From Takakia lepidozioides (taxonomy: Eukaryota > Plantae > Bryophyta), in assembly GCA_030704615.1 (NCBI GenBank), contig CM060733.1, forward strand, positions 12,710,001-12,774,000: a stretch of DNA of 64,000 nucleotides, given 5' to 3'. A model generated the notes under the pieces. That model did no database searches. It was not told the origin of the DNA and saw only the letters and a list, made by a program, of their open reading frames with translations. This document shows positions 35,441-49,429 of this stretch, one piece after another (positions within the stretch are counted from its first letter, which is position 1; each line of letters begins with the position of its first letter). The translations under genes and the position numbers were made by a program.

Positions 35441-38400
35441 TCACGTCGTGATGGGCACCTTGATGGGCGCCTGTGAGGCCCCTGTCACGTTTGTTTGCCC
35501 CTGGTCATATATGCTGGGCCTAGCGACAAGTGTTCCATACTCCGTTCGTAACACTGGTGCAGCCCGTGACTGCTCTTGCGGTTCAACATGCAAATCATGC
35601 TGCAGGGGTTTGTCATGGATACCACTGTACCCCTTCAACTTATTTGCATTGACTCTTCCCAGCATTTCTTTGTTAATGGTTTGTAACATGGCGGTGTTGT
35701 TATCATACATCTTTTGTATGACATAAGGTCCTTTCCACGGTGATTTAAGCTTAGAAGCTTGAATCTTTCCTTTCTTCTGCAACCATAGAACCAAATCCCC
35801 CGTCTTAAAAGTCTTTAACTTGCCTTCATCAAACTGTTCCTTTCGCTTCATCTGAATTCTGGTCATATTATCAGCTGCATCAGCACGTACTTCTTCCACA
35901 TGGTATAATTCATGTTTCCTGACCTTGATGGAGTCTTGCAATTCCATTCTTTTTCCCCACTCCGTTCTCATGGTAGGTAACAGGAATTCCACTGGAGAAG
36001 TAAGGCTTCCATACCATAAACTAATTGGAATGGTGTATACTTAGTGGTGACTTTATATGAAGTCCTGTATGACCACAAAGCTGTCAGCAGCTTTGTATCC
36101 CAATCCGTTCTGTTTGCATTGACTATCTTAGCCAAGATAGTACATAGTATTTTGTTGGTAGCCTCTGCCTGCCCATTACCCTGTGGGTAATATGTTGTAC
36201 TCTTTCTATGCACAATCATAAACTCTTTAGTCAACAACTCAATGGTCTCATTCATGAAGTGACTTCCTGATCACTGATAAATTCTAAGGGACAGCCAAAT
36301 CGTGTAAGTATGTTCTCGTACAGGAACCTTGCTGTGGACTTGGCTGTGTTGTCCCTCAAAGCTTTAGCTTCCACCCACTTTGTAGTATAATCAGTGGCTG
36401 TAATTATGTACCTGTTTCGTGTATTCTTGGATGGTGGGTTAATTGGTCCAACAAAGTCTAGTCCCCATTTCTGAAATGGTTCCGTAGGCATTGTAGGATG
36501 CAAGGCCATCCTTCCAGATCTCTGCAAAGGTCCTAGCCTCTGACATTCATCACACTTCTGACAATACTCGTGTACATCTTTGAACAAAGTAGGCCACCAG
36601 TATCCTGCGAGTAGTATCTTTCTACTGGTAGTCTCTTCTCCAAAATGACCTCCAGCCACTCCTTTATGAACTTCCGCCAAAACTTTATTTACTTCATGGT
36701 GGTACAAGCATCGTTTTAGTACTCCATCAGGTCCTAACTTATACATTCTGCTTCCTACCATAGTATAAGGTAAAGCTTTGATAGCGATTCTCTTCCTCTG
36801 CTCCTTACCATAACTAGGTGGGCACTGACCATGAGCAAGGTAGTATCTGATTGGCCACTGCCAATCTAACCATTCATCTGCACTTCCTTGCACCTCCATT
36901 ACAAATAAACTCGCATCAGGTAACTGATCGTCCACTCCTGTGGCGGCCTCTCCTGTTGTTAGTCGTGACAAATGATCTGCCACAAGATGCAAACGGCCAG
37001 GCTTGTAAATAACCTCGAACTCAAACTCATGCAAGATTATTAACCACTCGCTATCCTTCCACTTATCAAAGGTTTGTTCACCAGATATATCAGAGCCTGG
37101 TGATCCACATAAAACATAAACTTTCTTCCCAATAGGTAATGCCTGAATTTCTTCACTGCATAGATCATTGCCAATGCTTCTCTTTCCGTTGTGCTATAGT
37201 TCCTCTCAGCACTGTTCATCAACCGGCTAGCATAGTACACAGGTGAATCTATATTCCCTGTAACATTCTGGGCTAACACCGCTCCCAACGCTTCTCCTGA
37301 TGCATCGCAGTGAACATGGAATACTACATGCCAGTGAGGGTTAATCAGCACAGGTGTAGTGTAGTTTACTGACAGTGTAAGTTCCTCAAATGCCTGTTGA
37401 CATTCAGCTGTCCAGGCAAACACTGCATCTTTCTTCAGAAGTTTGCTCAATGGTGCTGCTATTTGTGCATACCTTTTGACAAATCTCTGTAATAACTGGT
37501 TTGCCCAAGGAATCTCCGTAGACTTTTAACATTCACTGGTGGTGGAGAGGCTTTAATGGACTCTGTCTTTCTGGGATCCACAAGGAGTCCCTTCTTACAC
37601 ACAATGTGTCCCAGAAGCACCCCTGAGTTCACACAGAAAGTACACTTCTCTGGATTCAGGCCCAGACCTCTCATCCTGCATCTGGCCAACATAACTCCAA
37701 TTTATGCAAGTGCTCATTCTTAGAGCTGTACACACTGAAATCATCCAAGAACACCTGCATGAAATCATCCAGATACTCATGAAAAGATTCACTTATCACT
37801 CTCTGAAAGGTCGCTGGTGCATTACAAAGTCCAAAGGGCATGACTTTGTATGCATAAGCCCCCCAGTCTGTGATGAAAGCTGTTTTCCCTTGGTCTTCTT
37901 CTGCCACTTGCACTTGATTATAACCACTGAAGCCATCCATGAATGAGTACATCTCATGGCCTGCCACAGTGTCTAATACTGCTTCTGTGAATGGCAAAGG
38001 GAAAGGATCTTTCTTCGTACAAGCATTCAGCTTCTTATAGTTCACACATACTCTTAGTTTGCCATTCTTCTTGGGAACTATAACAATGGGTGACAACCAA
38101 GTTGTATACTCTATTGGGTATATAAACTTAGCCTCAGCCAACTTCTTTATCTCTTCTCCAACCTTCTGTGCGTAGTTGGGATTCATTCTATACCTCGCCT
38201 GCTTGATTGGTACTGACCCTGGTTCCAGTTCAATCTTATGCTGACAGACTTCAGGTGGTATCCCTTTTAGATCCTCATAGCTCCAAGCAAATACATCTCT
38301 GTATTTGATGAACAAGCTTTTAGCTTCTTCGAAGAATTCCGGCTCCAAATCAGCTCCTACTTTCACCATCCTCGGTTCCTCCTTAGTTCCCACATTTACT

Positions 38401-40974
38401 TCTCACCTGCTCATCAGCTGTGATTGTCCAACCAGTCACCACTTCATCCTGTAAGCTCACAGTGGCTGGTTCTTCTAGGATTTCTATTTCTCCTTCTCTT
38501 CTTCATAGAAATGTGATGGGTAAATGCTGGTTTCCTCTTCAGTTGGTGTTGCTGTCCACTACACCACAGCAGATACCTCTACAAACAAACTTAGGCTTTC
38601 CAGCCGCATCTCTGCAAACCTGCTCCCCTCTGGGTGTGCAGCAAATAGGGTAGCTTCCTGCTCCTCATCCAGTCCTCCTCTCCCAGTCATACTCTCTGAC
38701 TCCTCGAGGTCTTCTTGTAGCAGGTAATCTACTAGATTTCTTTGTGGTAATTTGTATCTCGTGTATCCCATTATGCACGGTTAGTAACTGAGAATTCCAG
38801 TCATGGAATACCCTGGCCTGTTTCAGCCACGGACTCCCAATAATAAGGAGTAAGCCTCCATGACTTCATCCATTTTTAATACAGTTACTGTGATCATAAA
38901 GATCATTTTCTGTATGTGTATCTTAACTCCTCTTATTAATCCCAATGGCTGTACACTTCTTTGATCTGCCATTGTTACTGTAAATGGGGCTGGTTTCATG
39001 TACTTAGACCAAGCTTCTTCCTTAATTGGTCTGTCATGATATTTACTCCAGAACCACCATCTATCAGTACATCAGTTAGTTCTGTGCTTCCAATTCTCAA
39101 TGGATTACTGGCATAGAATCATCAAAGTCCATGACTGGTTCTCGCCCTTCCGGCTTCACATTATAACTGGTCACCTTGCTGTTCAGGTCTGTGTTTCCTG
39201 TCTCTTGGGCAATTCGATTGATTGCTTGATACAGCCTGTGCCTACAATAAGGTGCCACAGCTAATAGCTGTCCAATGGTAATTTCTGCTTTGGTCTGACA
39301 TATTACTGCAGCCAAAGTCTCTTCATTACTTTGCATGTCTGCATCTTCTTTTTTCCTTCTTTCCTCACTCCCTTTTTTCTCCATCCGAATCAGAGGAATC
39401 TGCCACAGGAAATATCAGTACTCTTTTTTGCATTTCCCTTATAGTATCTGCCACTTCCTTGTGCAGTTCCTTCTCATCTTTCCAAGTCTCTTCATCTTCA
39501 GGCATATCATTGCCACTTCCAGTCCATCTTCTTCCTCTTCTACTGGAGGTATTAGTTTGGCTTTACTTCTTGTTACTATCATTGTACTTACTTCTGGTAC
39601 AACACATGGCCTAACCATGTGAGTTGCCACCACTGGGCCCTCATTCACAGGAGCTCTCATCTCATTCTGGTGTCTTATCCAGAATGAACAGGCTGCCTTG
39701 CGATGTCCTGGCTGATTACAATAGTAACATAGCTCTTTCACCATTGGGTCCTCGCCCTTGGTCTGTTCTTGGATTATTTCTATAATCGGATTCCCGGGCT
39801 GGTAATTCCCCCTTGGATTACCCTGATAGTTGCCTCTGGGAATTTCCTCCTTGGTAATTCCCTCTTGAATTACCTCTCCCTTCCATGCCATGTTATAACC
39901 ACCAGACCTACCATAGTGGTCCTGATCATTGTTTCTTCTTGGCTGGGGCTGCACCTGATGCACCCTTACTTGCCTAGGTTCTCTTGCAGCTGTCCTTCTG
40001 TTGTAGTAACAATTCTCAGTAGAATGGTTATCCATTTTACAGATAGTACAGTGTTTCTCCTTCATGTGGCATTCTGTGGTGGTATGGCCTTCATTCTGGC
40101 ACTTTGCACACCATACACCCTTCCTCCAATGTGTTGCAGCCTCTGTGGCATACTTCTTCAAGATTTCTTCCAAAAAATTTTCATAGTTATCCCTCTTCAA
40201 CTTCTCCTTTCTCTTACTCTTCTTTTAGTTCTTGCTCTTCTTCTTCATCTGACTCATCCTCAGAGTCCTCATCTTCTTTTTCTCTCTCCTGAGCATTCCC
40301 AATTGCTCAATTCTGTTCGCAGTTTCAAATGCCTCCTCCACTGTATTATGGGGTAACATATCCACTTTCTTTTGCAACTCTGGTCTTAGTCCACTCTCAC
40401 AAACCAAGTCTTCTGTAAACCCGGGCGCTGGTACTGCAGCCAGCTTTTTCATCATCAATTCCATCTTCTCCATATATTCTTCAACAGTTTCATGCTTCTT
40501 CTGCTTCAGCTGTTGTAAACTTCCATACACTTCATCCTCAGTTTTACTTGTCCTGAACCTATTTCGAAATGCTGTATTCAAGCCATTCCAGGTTAGGAAA
40601 TGATTATCAGGAAATCTTGCATACCATTCACTTGCTTTCTTGATAAGTGAACAAGGAAACAGTCTCATCTTGGCATCATCGCCATTCTCATTGTTCACTA
40701 TACACATGTGCTCAAATTGGCTAATGTGTACATCGGGATCCCCTTTTCCTGAATATATTGGAAAGGGTGGTTTTGCCCGTGTTGGTTGTAACGCCATCTG
40801 TGGCCCTACCTTCTGCCCCCTGACAGGTGCTGGCACCCTTGCTGGTGCTGGTCCTTCTGGACCTGTTGTTTTTGTGGTGGATCTTCCACCAAGTGGTGGC
40901 CCTTGAGCACTCCTTGCTTCTGGCCCCACGATATTCACAGTATTCCCAGTTTCAGTTGCACTACTTTCCCACAC
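35441..40974 (-). pseudogene. gag-pol of Gypsy copy 2
   Basis: Gag core PIYSGKGDPDVHISQFE...LFPCSL...EWY, three CCHC knuckles, VLIDGGSGVNIM protease, RT 37671-38393, RNase H DASGEALGAVL, integrase PFQKWGLDFVGP...ISDQ. Confidence 0.95.
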
Positions 40975-42209
40975 TCCCTATCCCCCCAGAGCCAGATCCA
41001 GGCAGCCCGCCTGATCCCCTTGAGCCGACACCTTCGTTGGCCTGTGATCCAAGTGCTCCACTTGATCCAGGTCCAACGGGTTGGGATGTCCTGGTTGTAG
41101 TCTCAACCTCAGCTGTTGGGTCTACTTCTTCATATTCTTCCTCTTCTAATTTCTTCTCTCTGTTTCATCCTCCAAGTTCTGCCCTTGAGTTTCTTCTTCA
41201 CTCATGTAACTCAATTGTAATGGTGTTGGAGAGTCTGAACTCTCCGTTGGCTCTGCCACATCCTCTTCTCCTTCTTCACCTTCTGCTTCAGAAACTGGAG
41301 TTCCTGCTTTGGTGTTCCATGCCAACTCTTATCAAAGATTCTATCAAGTCTTTTATCCAAGGATGTACCTCAGATCTTTCACCTCGTGATTGATCTTCTT
41401 CCTGTACCAATTCCCTTAATCTTTCTTGCAAAGAAACAGAAGGAGTGGCATCCAACTCTAGTTCTTCCGGTATAGGTGATGCACTCTTTTGATCTTGATG
41501 GTGTGAGAGGTCCAGATGATTCCCCTATGTCTATTCCTCTCTCCCAAAGATATGGATAATTAGCTTTCAGATAGCTTTCTCTTTTGCTGAATATCTCTGT
41601 CGTCTAGCTTCTCTTTCATCACTCATGTCCCATGTCTTTCATTTCTTTTAATGTGGCAATAACCAAAACTCTCTTCTGTAATATCTCTCGTATATGCCTG
41701 GGTTTCTTTCAAGCTTCAATGCACCCTTGGCTATACTTGAAGTCTCCGTTACCATATAACCATATGGCAAACAAGTCTGAAAAGCTGTTCTTGGTGTGAG
41801 TTTGATCCACAAAATATCCTTTGGAATCCAATTCTTTACCAGTACCAGCTCTTCATGCATATGAGTATAAACATTCACCTTTCTTTCTTCCCAGCCTTCA
41901 AACTCTACTCGTTTAATGGATAGCAATGCTATCACATAAACCAATGTTGGTAACCAACGTGCTCTTCTCTACAGGCTACCTGATAAATCTTTATCACTCC
42001 TTTCTCCAGACCCCATTCTGGATCAGCATCATGCACTCGTTTAAGAATATTTTCTTTACAACCGTCTGGCAATTCCAAGAACCTTTGAAAGAATTGTTTG
42101 GACAATCTTTCTTCCTTCGTTCCACAGGGAATTTGATTCACTTCAAATTCTTTAATGGTCCAACCACCATGATCCCAGATGCCTGTCACATCTGGTTGTT
42201 CATGTCCCA

Positions 42210-42226
42210 CCCCAGTATGGTCGCCA
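42210..42226 (-). promoter_or_regulatory. Primer binding site, probably tRNA-Arg
   Basis: TGGCGACCATACTGGGG two nt after the 5' LTR; resembles Arg-type PBS (TGGCGAC...CTGGGG) of plant non-chromoviruses. Confidence 0.75.
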
Positions 42227-42228
42227 AA

Positions 42229-43217
42229 TGTTGCGCGGCTTTTACTCACCCATCCCTTCACTATTCGAGGCGGAAACTCCAAGATTGAAGAGTTGGAAAT
42301 CTCTAAGTACTCAGCCCGCGCAGAACAATCAGTCATGACCTACAGCTAGTGTATCATGGGGGTGTTTCCTATTTGTTTCCCTTTTGGTATTCATGTTAAC
42401 TATCTTACCATTGATAATTAAGTATCAGTTTGCTTTATCAATCTATTGGATTCCATCAACTCATCCATTCATTCCACAGCTTCACTCAGATCTCTCTACA
42501 CATTGTGTTTGTATCGTAAAAGTATCCGATTATGATTTATAAGGTATCAGGCCGAAGCCATTGTGTCTCTAATCTGCTCTACCATATCATTACAGCCTTG
42601 CATATATCAAGCATCTACTCATCATCTCTCTATCTTCACTTCCGTTCTTCATCTTTGCCCGATCCCCTCTCCTCTATCACCAAGAAGTCCTCCCCTGAAT
42701 GATGTCAATAATCCTCCTCCCTCAATTCCCCGTTTCTCCCTTTATCTTCCTATCCGCGGTTCTAACCGTTTCCCTCACTAACCGTCGTCTGTGAACTAAC
42801 ATGTTCCCTTCGCAGGTGTTGTTCCCCACAGTCGTTCCCTGTCCTAGTCTTCGTTCCCTATGATCGTGACAGCTGTCAAGCTGTGACTGGCTGTGTGAAA
42901 CTGTGACGGGCTGTGACTGGCTGTGCGATTGTGTTTGGCTGTGTCGGGCTGTGACTGGCTGTGTGGCTGTGTCTGTGCTGTGTCGGCTGTGTCGGCTGTG
43001 TTCTTGCTGTGTGACGACTGTGACGGCTGTGTTGGCTGTGTTGGCTGTGACGACTGTGACGGGCTGTGTCGGCTGTGTCGGCTGTGACGACTGTGTAACC
43101 CCCCTCTACAGTGCGCTGCTGTCACCCCTAAGGCTCCTGTTGGTCTCAGTCTGTGCAAAATTAAGGGTACCCTACAGATCCCGTATAAGTGTCTAAGTCC
43201 CCGACAGTCCTCTAACA
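42229..43217 (-). repeat. 5' LTR of Gypsy copy 2 (989 bp)
   Basis: TGTTAGAGGACTG...GCCGCGCAACA on minus strand, followed by PBS. Confidence 0.95.
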
Positions 43218-45387
43218 GAGTTCTCCTCCAGTTGTAACTGTGATGAACATACACAAAACAGGTCAAACAACTAAACACAAACTTTGGATATTCTCACTCA
43301 AATGTTTCCACTGCAGACGGATTAATACTGAAGTTACAACGACCATGTTGGCCTACCTTGGAGTAGGCATTGCCGTGTGAGAGCAACTCCAACCATGCCT
43401 AAAACTTTAAAATCCATTCAGCTTTCAGTGCTCAAAGAGAGCATGTCAGCGTGCTCTACAATAGCTAATGCGGCTGTTCAAGGCGAGTTTGGCGCACCAC
43501 CCTCGAGCTCTCAAAGTCATGAGTTAGTTCAAGGTCAGATGGTGGGCTCAGTGCCTAATACCAGATACCCTAAGCTGACAGACTCTATTTCTTGGAAGCA
43601 AGACCGTCCTGTTAAACAGTTTGAAGTCATGGCAGAAAAATGTAGAGGAGATGTTTCAAGTACCTGAAGTTTGGGTAGGAAGAACTGACCCTGCTGGATG
43701 AAGCTCACTTGGAGGCTGAAGTGTCTAAAGCCACGTCCGAAGCATGAATAATGCTTGAACAAAAATAAGTTAGGAATAAACATCCCTGAACTTGTTTCCA
43801 GTTTGTGACATGGGTGAACCTTAGGCTGAAAGGCCTACCTATCCTCAGCATTAAACTACAATTTAACCCCAGGGCGGGGGTCAATTCTTGAAAAATAACA
43901 CATGCAGACACGAAAGGGAGATTGTCAATGCTCGATGTGTGGGCGCGCTGAAGGCAATACCCATTTTCTAAAACAGTGTCCCGGGTATTCTCATCAGAGA
44001 GCCACCCTCTTCAGGACCGTATAGTGCTTGCACCTCTGTTCACTAACTTTCAAAGTATCGATTCTGAGCCTAAGGCGCTGGCCCTGTTGGGGTCTAATTG
44101 CTAGGAAGCTCAGACACAACAGATTGATGCAACCAATTGTTTATATCAAGGTAGCTCCAACTACTGGAGTGAGCCCCTCACAAAGGTAATAGTAAGCAGA
44201 CTTTTGTGATCAATCATCGTGTAGGTACCCTCACCGTAATGGTCACATACAAACTATCATGTATGAATGACTGTGCAACCTAAATTTTTAGGGTTTTACA
44301 ACATGAATTGCTAGCAGGTAGCTCCAAAAATTAGCTCAACTAGACTCACTAACAAGACGTAAGTATATCCTTCTCTGGGCAGGGAAAAAAATGGAGAAAT
44401 ACCAACCCAACAAGGAACACATCATAGAGAATGATAAACAAAACAGGCATCACTGTCAAGATTCAAGAAAGACAATTAACCACCTGTGTTCAAATGCACA
44501 ATGCAAGAAGTATAGAATCAGGCTGAAAGATTGCAGCGGGTGGCTCGTACTTGTAGAGTTCAAGTGGAAAGTTACTAGTCATGATCATCATTTGGATGGC
44601 AATCTGCCATCTCTTTCCAGGCGCTACGACAGAAACATTCATGCTTGCAGGAACCTAATTCCAGATATGCCGCACACCAAATCGACTGGCCACGAACTTG
44701 AACGAAACTTACCAAGGGTAGAGTCAGGCAACAATCAAGTGCTTTCCAGCGATGGCACACCCGAGCACCCCCGCCCAAGCTCCTCCTCTACTCCTCTACC
44801 CTCGTGCCTTTGCTGCTATGGCAGCAACACACAATGTTGCACTTTATAAGCTCTGCTCGCATCGCCCGCTTCCTCTGCTACCACCACCCAAGCGCGCCCA
44901 TAGAAACACAGAAATGAAAATGAACTTCACGCATGCATAGAGTTGATGAAACAATCACAAGCTAAACCCTAAAAATCTTACAAAATGGTAAGCAAACTTT
45001 TGTGATCAAACATTCCCAATCTCTTCCCAATCTCTTCACATTCCCAATCCCAATCAACTCATACGTCTTGGCTAGCTTCTAGTTGCGCATCGCGCGTCAT
45101 ACATGGCAGCTCGTCGTCCCTGCACTTCAGTCTAGCCCAACGCGACCAGCCATCTTCCAGCCACCCCCCAATGAAGGCGACCTCCAATCGACGGTAATAA
45201 CTTGATGTACAAAAACAATCAACGGCTACAATAAATTCAACTTTTTCCGACTTCGTTCCCGCATGCTGCGTTTTCTACTTCATATGTCCATTTTTTATGG
45301 ACTGCAAGTTGCCGCTTTTGGATGGCCCGTACCATGCTTCTACCCAGGTGTTAAACCAGCTTTGAACTCAGACTAGAGTGTAGAAGA

Positions 45388-48025
45388 ATGACCAGTCCAA
45401 CTAGCATAGATGTACCTTACCATGGTAGAAATAGTGAAGATGTGAATGACTGGTTGGAGAGGATTCAGATGGAGGCAGATGTCAAGGATTTAAATGAGGA
45501 TAAAACCTTCGAGGTAGCAAGGCTCAACCTGAGAGCCAAGGCTGATGAATGGTACCGTAAACAAAACCCTAGACCAGACAACTGGGAGGATTTCAGGGCA
45601 GCCATATCAGCCAAGTTTGGTGTCATTGACTTGGCAGAAATCAGGCTGAGGATGGATACCATCAAACAGGAAAATAGACAAAGGGTTCAGACATACTTTG
45701 ATAGGTTGAACCGTTTTTTATAAGAAGTGGGGCGTTTGATTTGGAACAGAGGCGTAGATTTGCAGCAGGTTTGAGACCAGAAATAGCAAGAGTAATGTTG
45801 GGCACGCGTTTCTCTGATGTAGAGGAAGCACTTGAAACAGCCATTGAGATTGAGAGGGGCCTGGGAAAATTGGGGGAAATACCTCTAGAGCCCTTGGAAG
45901 GAGATGATACAGATGAGTCAGTTGTGTTTGTCAACCCTGTGGACAGAAGACTTGATCAGCTAAACACTACCCTACAGAAGTACTTCGATAGGGGACCAGT
46001 CATAAGGAGAAAGCTCGAGATCTAGGACACCACCTCGTGTTCGCTTTTGTAACACTTGTCATAAAGAAGGTCACATAGCTGCATATTGTCCTGAAGGAAG
46101 AACCCAAGCTAAGTGTGACAAATGTCACCGGTTTGGGCATTCCACGGAAATGTGTGGTGTGAGATGCAACTTTTGCAGGTACTAGGGCATACAGAGAGTG
46201 AGTGCAGTAGAAAACTCGACCAGACTATGATGGGAGCTCCTGGAACTAACTTTGTAGACATGTTCTATGATGATGAGGATGATATACTCGCAGAAATGAC
46301 AGATCTGATGTCACAAAATAGTATCAAATGAAGTCAGGCTTCCAAGGACGCGCATCCCTGTCTAGAGTCCTATTGTTGAACCTACAGAGTTACCAGAGAG
46401 GAGTGGTGAGAGCAGTGAACAGCCAAGCAAGACCAAGAGTGAGATTTACCCAAAGAACAATTTCAAGGCTGCTATAGAAGGAGGTACTAAATCCTGAATC
46501 CTCAACCACTTCTACAAGGGGAGAATATCCTTGTCTCCCATGGACCTAATCATGACTGTGCCTGGAGAGTTAGACAAATTGAAGGGTCTGGTCAAAGTGG
46601 TGGAAAGGGCAATGGTACAACAAAAGGAGACAACTCACAGTGTGGAAATTGTGAGGGATGTTCCAAGGCCGTTGTACTCAGCCCACGATCTCTTATGCTT
46701 ATACTGGTAAGGTCAAAGCGCTTCATGTGATGATTACAATGGGAGCTTACCAAGTCTTAGGCCAGATTGACACCGGTGCCATGCTTTCTATAATATCCGC
46801 AAGTACAATCAGGGATCTTGGCTTGATGGGATCTGTTGTTACTGATAAGGATATAAATTACCGAGTAGCTTCAGGTGCTCTTGAGACTGCAATGGGCAGA
46901 CTTGAGGACATCAAGGTCAAAGTAGGAGAGCTGACCAATCGCTTGTCCTTTATGGTGGTGAACACGGATACGTATCACATGCTTCTGGGCTTGGACTTTC
47001 TCAAAAAGTTTGGCGCTGTAGTTGATACCGAAGCTGAAACGATTCGTGTACGCTATGGGCCAGGAAAGGATTTTGCTCACTTTCCTTTGCACACCATAAA
47101 TTATAATGAGCCTGCAGTCACCAGAACAGCCTACCACAGAGGGGTTGAAGGCAGGTTAAGGTATGCAAGCACTACGTTAGTAGGTAATGTCTTAACCCTG
47201 ACCTCAGATGAACAGTACCTAGGCTTGTGGGAAGAAGAAAGAAAGCCCGAGGAAGAGTTTGAGGACACAGAGGAAGAATCTCCAGACTCTGACATCTCTG
47301 AATCTGATAAAGATGAGGAGATGGGAGGATCTGAGCAGAGTGAAAGGGTAGATGCAGCCCTAAGAGATGTTGAAGAGATAATAGATAATGTCAACCTAGG
47401 GAAGGATTTGTTCGAAGACCAAGGGAGGTCTGAACTACTTCAGGAAGAGACCCATCATAGCATGGCTGCCTCTATTATACAAGAAGCTTACCAGAAAGCT
47501 TGGAACTGTGAACTAGGGAACAACAACGTGGAAATAGAGGATGATTTCCATGATTGGAATCAGATTGTGACACAGGAAGAAAGGCAGAGGGTAGCTAACT
47601 CTGTGCACCAGGTGGAGGGAAAGAGTTGGGAACCCAGCCATGAAGAAAAAATGGAGAGTCGTTGGAGAAGTCTGAAATCCAGACTTCACATCAATCCAGA
47701 GCTAGCCCAGGAACATAGGATGGAATTGGAGCAAGAGCTGAGAGAAAATCACGAGTGTTTTGCTCTTAGCAAGGTTGACTTTGGGTTATTACAGTGAGGT
47801 GGAACATACAATTGATACACAAGGCTTTCCACCTTGCAGAAGTCGTCCCAGCCGCCTATCAGAGTGGGAGGAAAATGAAGTACAAGGACAGATTGAGACT
47901 TTAATCTCACAAGGTAAGATGAGGGAAAGTAGTTCAGAATGGTCATGTCCAGTTACCCTTCCACCAAAGAAGGATGGATCCAAGCGTTTTTGTGGTGCTT
48001 TTAGGCCAGTGAACCGCTTGACTAG
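45388..48025 (+). mobile_element. Second Ty3/Gypsy family: gag, CCHC, protease and RT N-terminus, interrupted by element C
   Basis: YHGRNSEDVNDWLE...AKADEWY gag; CNTCHKEGHIAAYC; QIDTGAMLSII protease; EHTIDTQG...SEWSCPVTLPPKKDGSKRFC...NRLTR. No LTR identified. Confidence 0.9.
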
Positions 48026-48907
48026 GGGGGGGTGCTATTCCGTGAGCCCGGAGGCGTGAGCCTGTGAGCCCAGGAAACCGTGAGCCCAGCACAGGCTCAC
48101 GCCACGTCAGCATGCATACAGGGCCTATTTCCGCGGGTGTCACCTATTACCGCGGGTTGAACAGCCATTTCCCGGGAATGCAGACTGGATGTATTACATC
48201 CATTGTATCCATCCTTTGTATCCATTGCATCCATCTAGACGTTATCAAAGACTTTCCTTCATATAAAGAATTAATCCAGGTTTTCCAGATATCCTCTAGA
48301 AATCCCTTCACACAAGCATCAATCTGCTGTGTGTAATTTGCCCAAAAACTAGGCCTCAGGAGGGCCTGGGCTTTTGGCTCAGCCTCGAGACTGTCGGGAG
48401 CTTAAGGACGGAAAGCCAAACTCTGCATTGGAATGTGGGTACGTCGTGAGGAGGTGCACACTGACATCATCTAAAGCGGATCCCTGCGAAATCTTTTCTT
48501 ACTCACCACCTTTGTGAACATGCCAAGTATGTGCGGGAGCATCATGGATGCTCACCAGATTTGAGAATGCCTGAACGATCTTTGATCACGTGGACTTCAC
48601 CTCGATGGATTCACCAAGCATTCTTCTAGCAGGAATGGTTTGGAGACAAACGAGCAAATGATGCGAGAATGCTGTACACGAATCAAAGTCGATTGTTTGT
48701 TTTTGAAATGCACTCAAGCCTGTGAGGTCCACAAAACTCTAAATAGATTGAAGGAACAATCCGGGCAGTCCATGCAACCCCCATCTCCAATAATAGTTTG
48801 TTCCCATGAAGTTGCATCCCACGCACACATTGCAAACAGGACAACAAGGACACACAACCATCCCATTTCAAATTTGGCCCCGAATAAAACCAAAAGAAAA
48901 CTTCATA

Positions 48908-49384
48908 TCAAGTGTCACAGTCATCAGAATCACTCTCGACCTCCTGTGCTATGTCCACAAAGATTCTGGCCCCAACACCACGTCTTCTACCACGGCCGTC
49001 AATGGGCGGACAGCGAGTGCCATGAATGGACATGCTTGTTGCGAGTGCCTCCGCATAGACAGGTTGCACGTAAGACCGAGGAGGACTTGAAAGAAGTCCA
49101 AATAGGTGTGATAGCCCACCTACCTGCCCTTGTGCCCCCTTCCCCCTACCCCTTCCTTTCCTCACACCACCAACAACATCTTTTCCCTTTGCCTTTCTAC
49201 CTCTACCCAGGGTATCCTGAGCGGGAGGCTCCTTCTCTGCAAGAGTCCTCAAATTTCTATCATGAATGTCGAGGTCGGCTGCTGCGGCGGTGGCTGCTAT
49301 ACGCTCATTATCTCTCCTCAAAGACACATCCTGAGCTGGGGTCTCAGAAGGAGGGCAATCCAAATACCATGGGAGTTTTGACAA
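48908..49384 (-). pseudogene. Internally deleted remnant of the element's second gene (basic GRGR-rich part fused to the C-terminal tail homologous to the MTase-like gene)
   Basis: SPPRSYVQPVYAEALATSMSI...ARIFVDIAQEVESDSDD aligns by eye with SPERDYILPTYAARLASVSI...ARRFVLDSAEESGGEE of 799-1317. Confidence 0.55.
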
Positions 49385-49429
49385 CTATGGGAGTTTTGAG
49401 CATGCATACTGGCCCTGTTAGGCCCAATT

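Larger units (their letters stand above)
30176..43217 (-). mobile_element. Full-length non-chromovirus Ty3/Gypsy LTR retrotransposon (copy 2, ~13.0 kb), Phygy/Selgy/Athila-like
   Basis: Two TG...CA LTRs, 5-bp TSD GAGTT (30171-30175 and 43218-43222), PBS, PPT, gag-PR-RT-RH-IN, FLDD RT motif, no chromodomain or extra RNase H seen. Confidence 0.97.

Noticed and set aside
43223-45380. Gene or element end right of Gypsy copy 2
   Set aside because: Short ORFs with no recognisable motif; no TIR matching the Sola-like block found.
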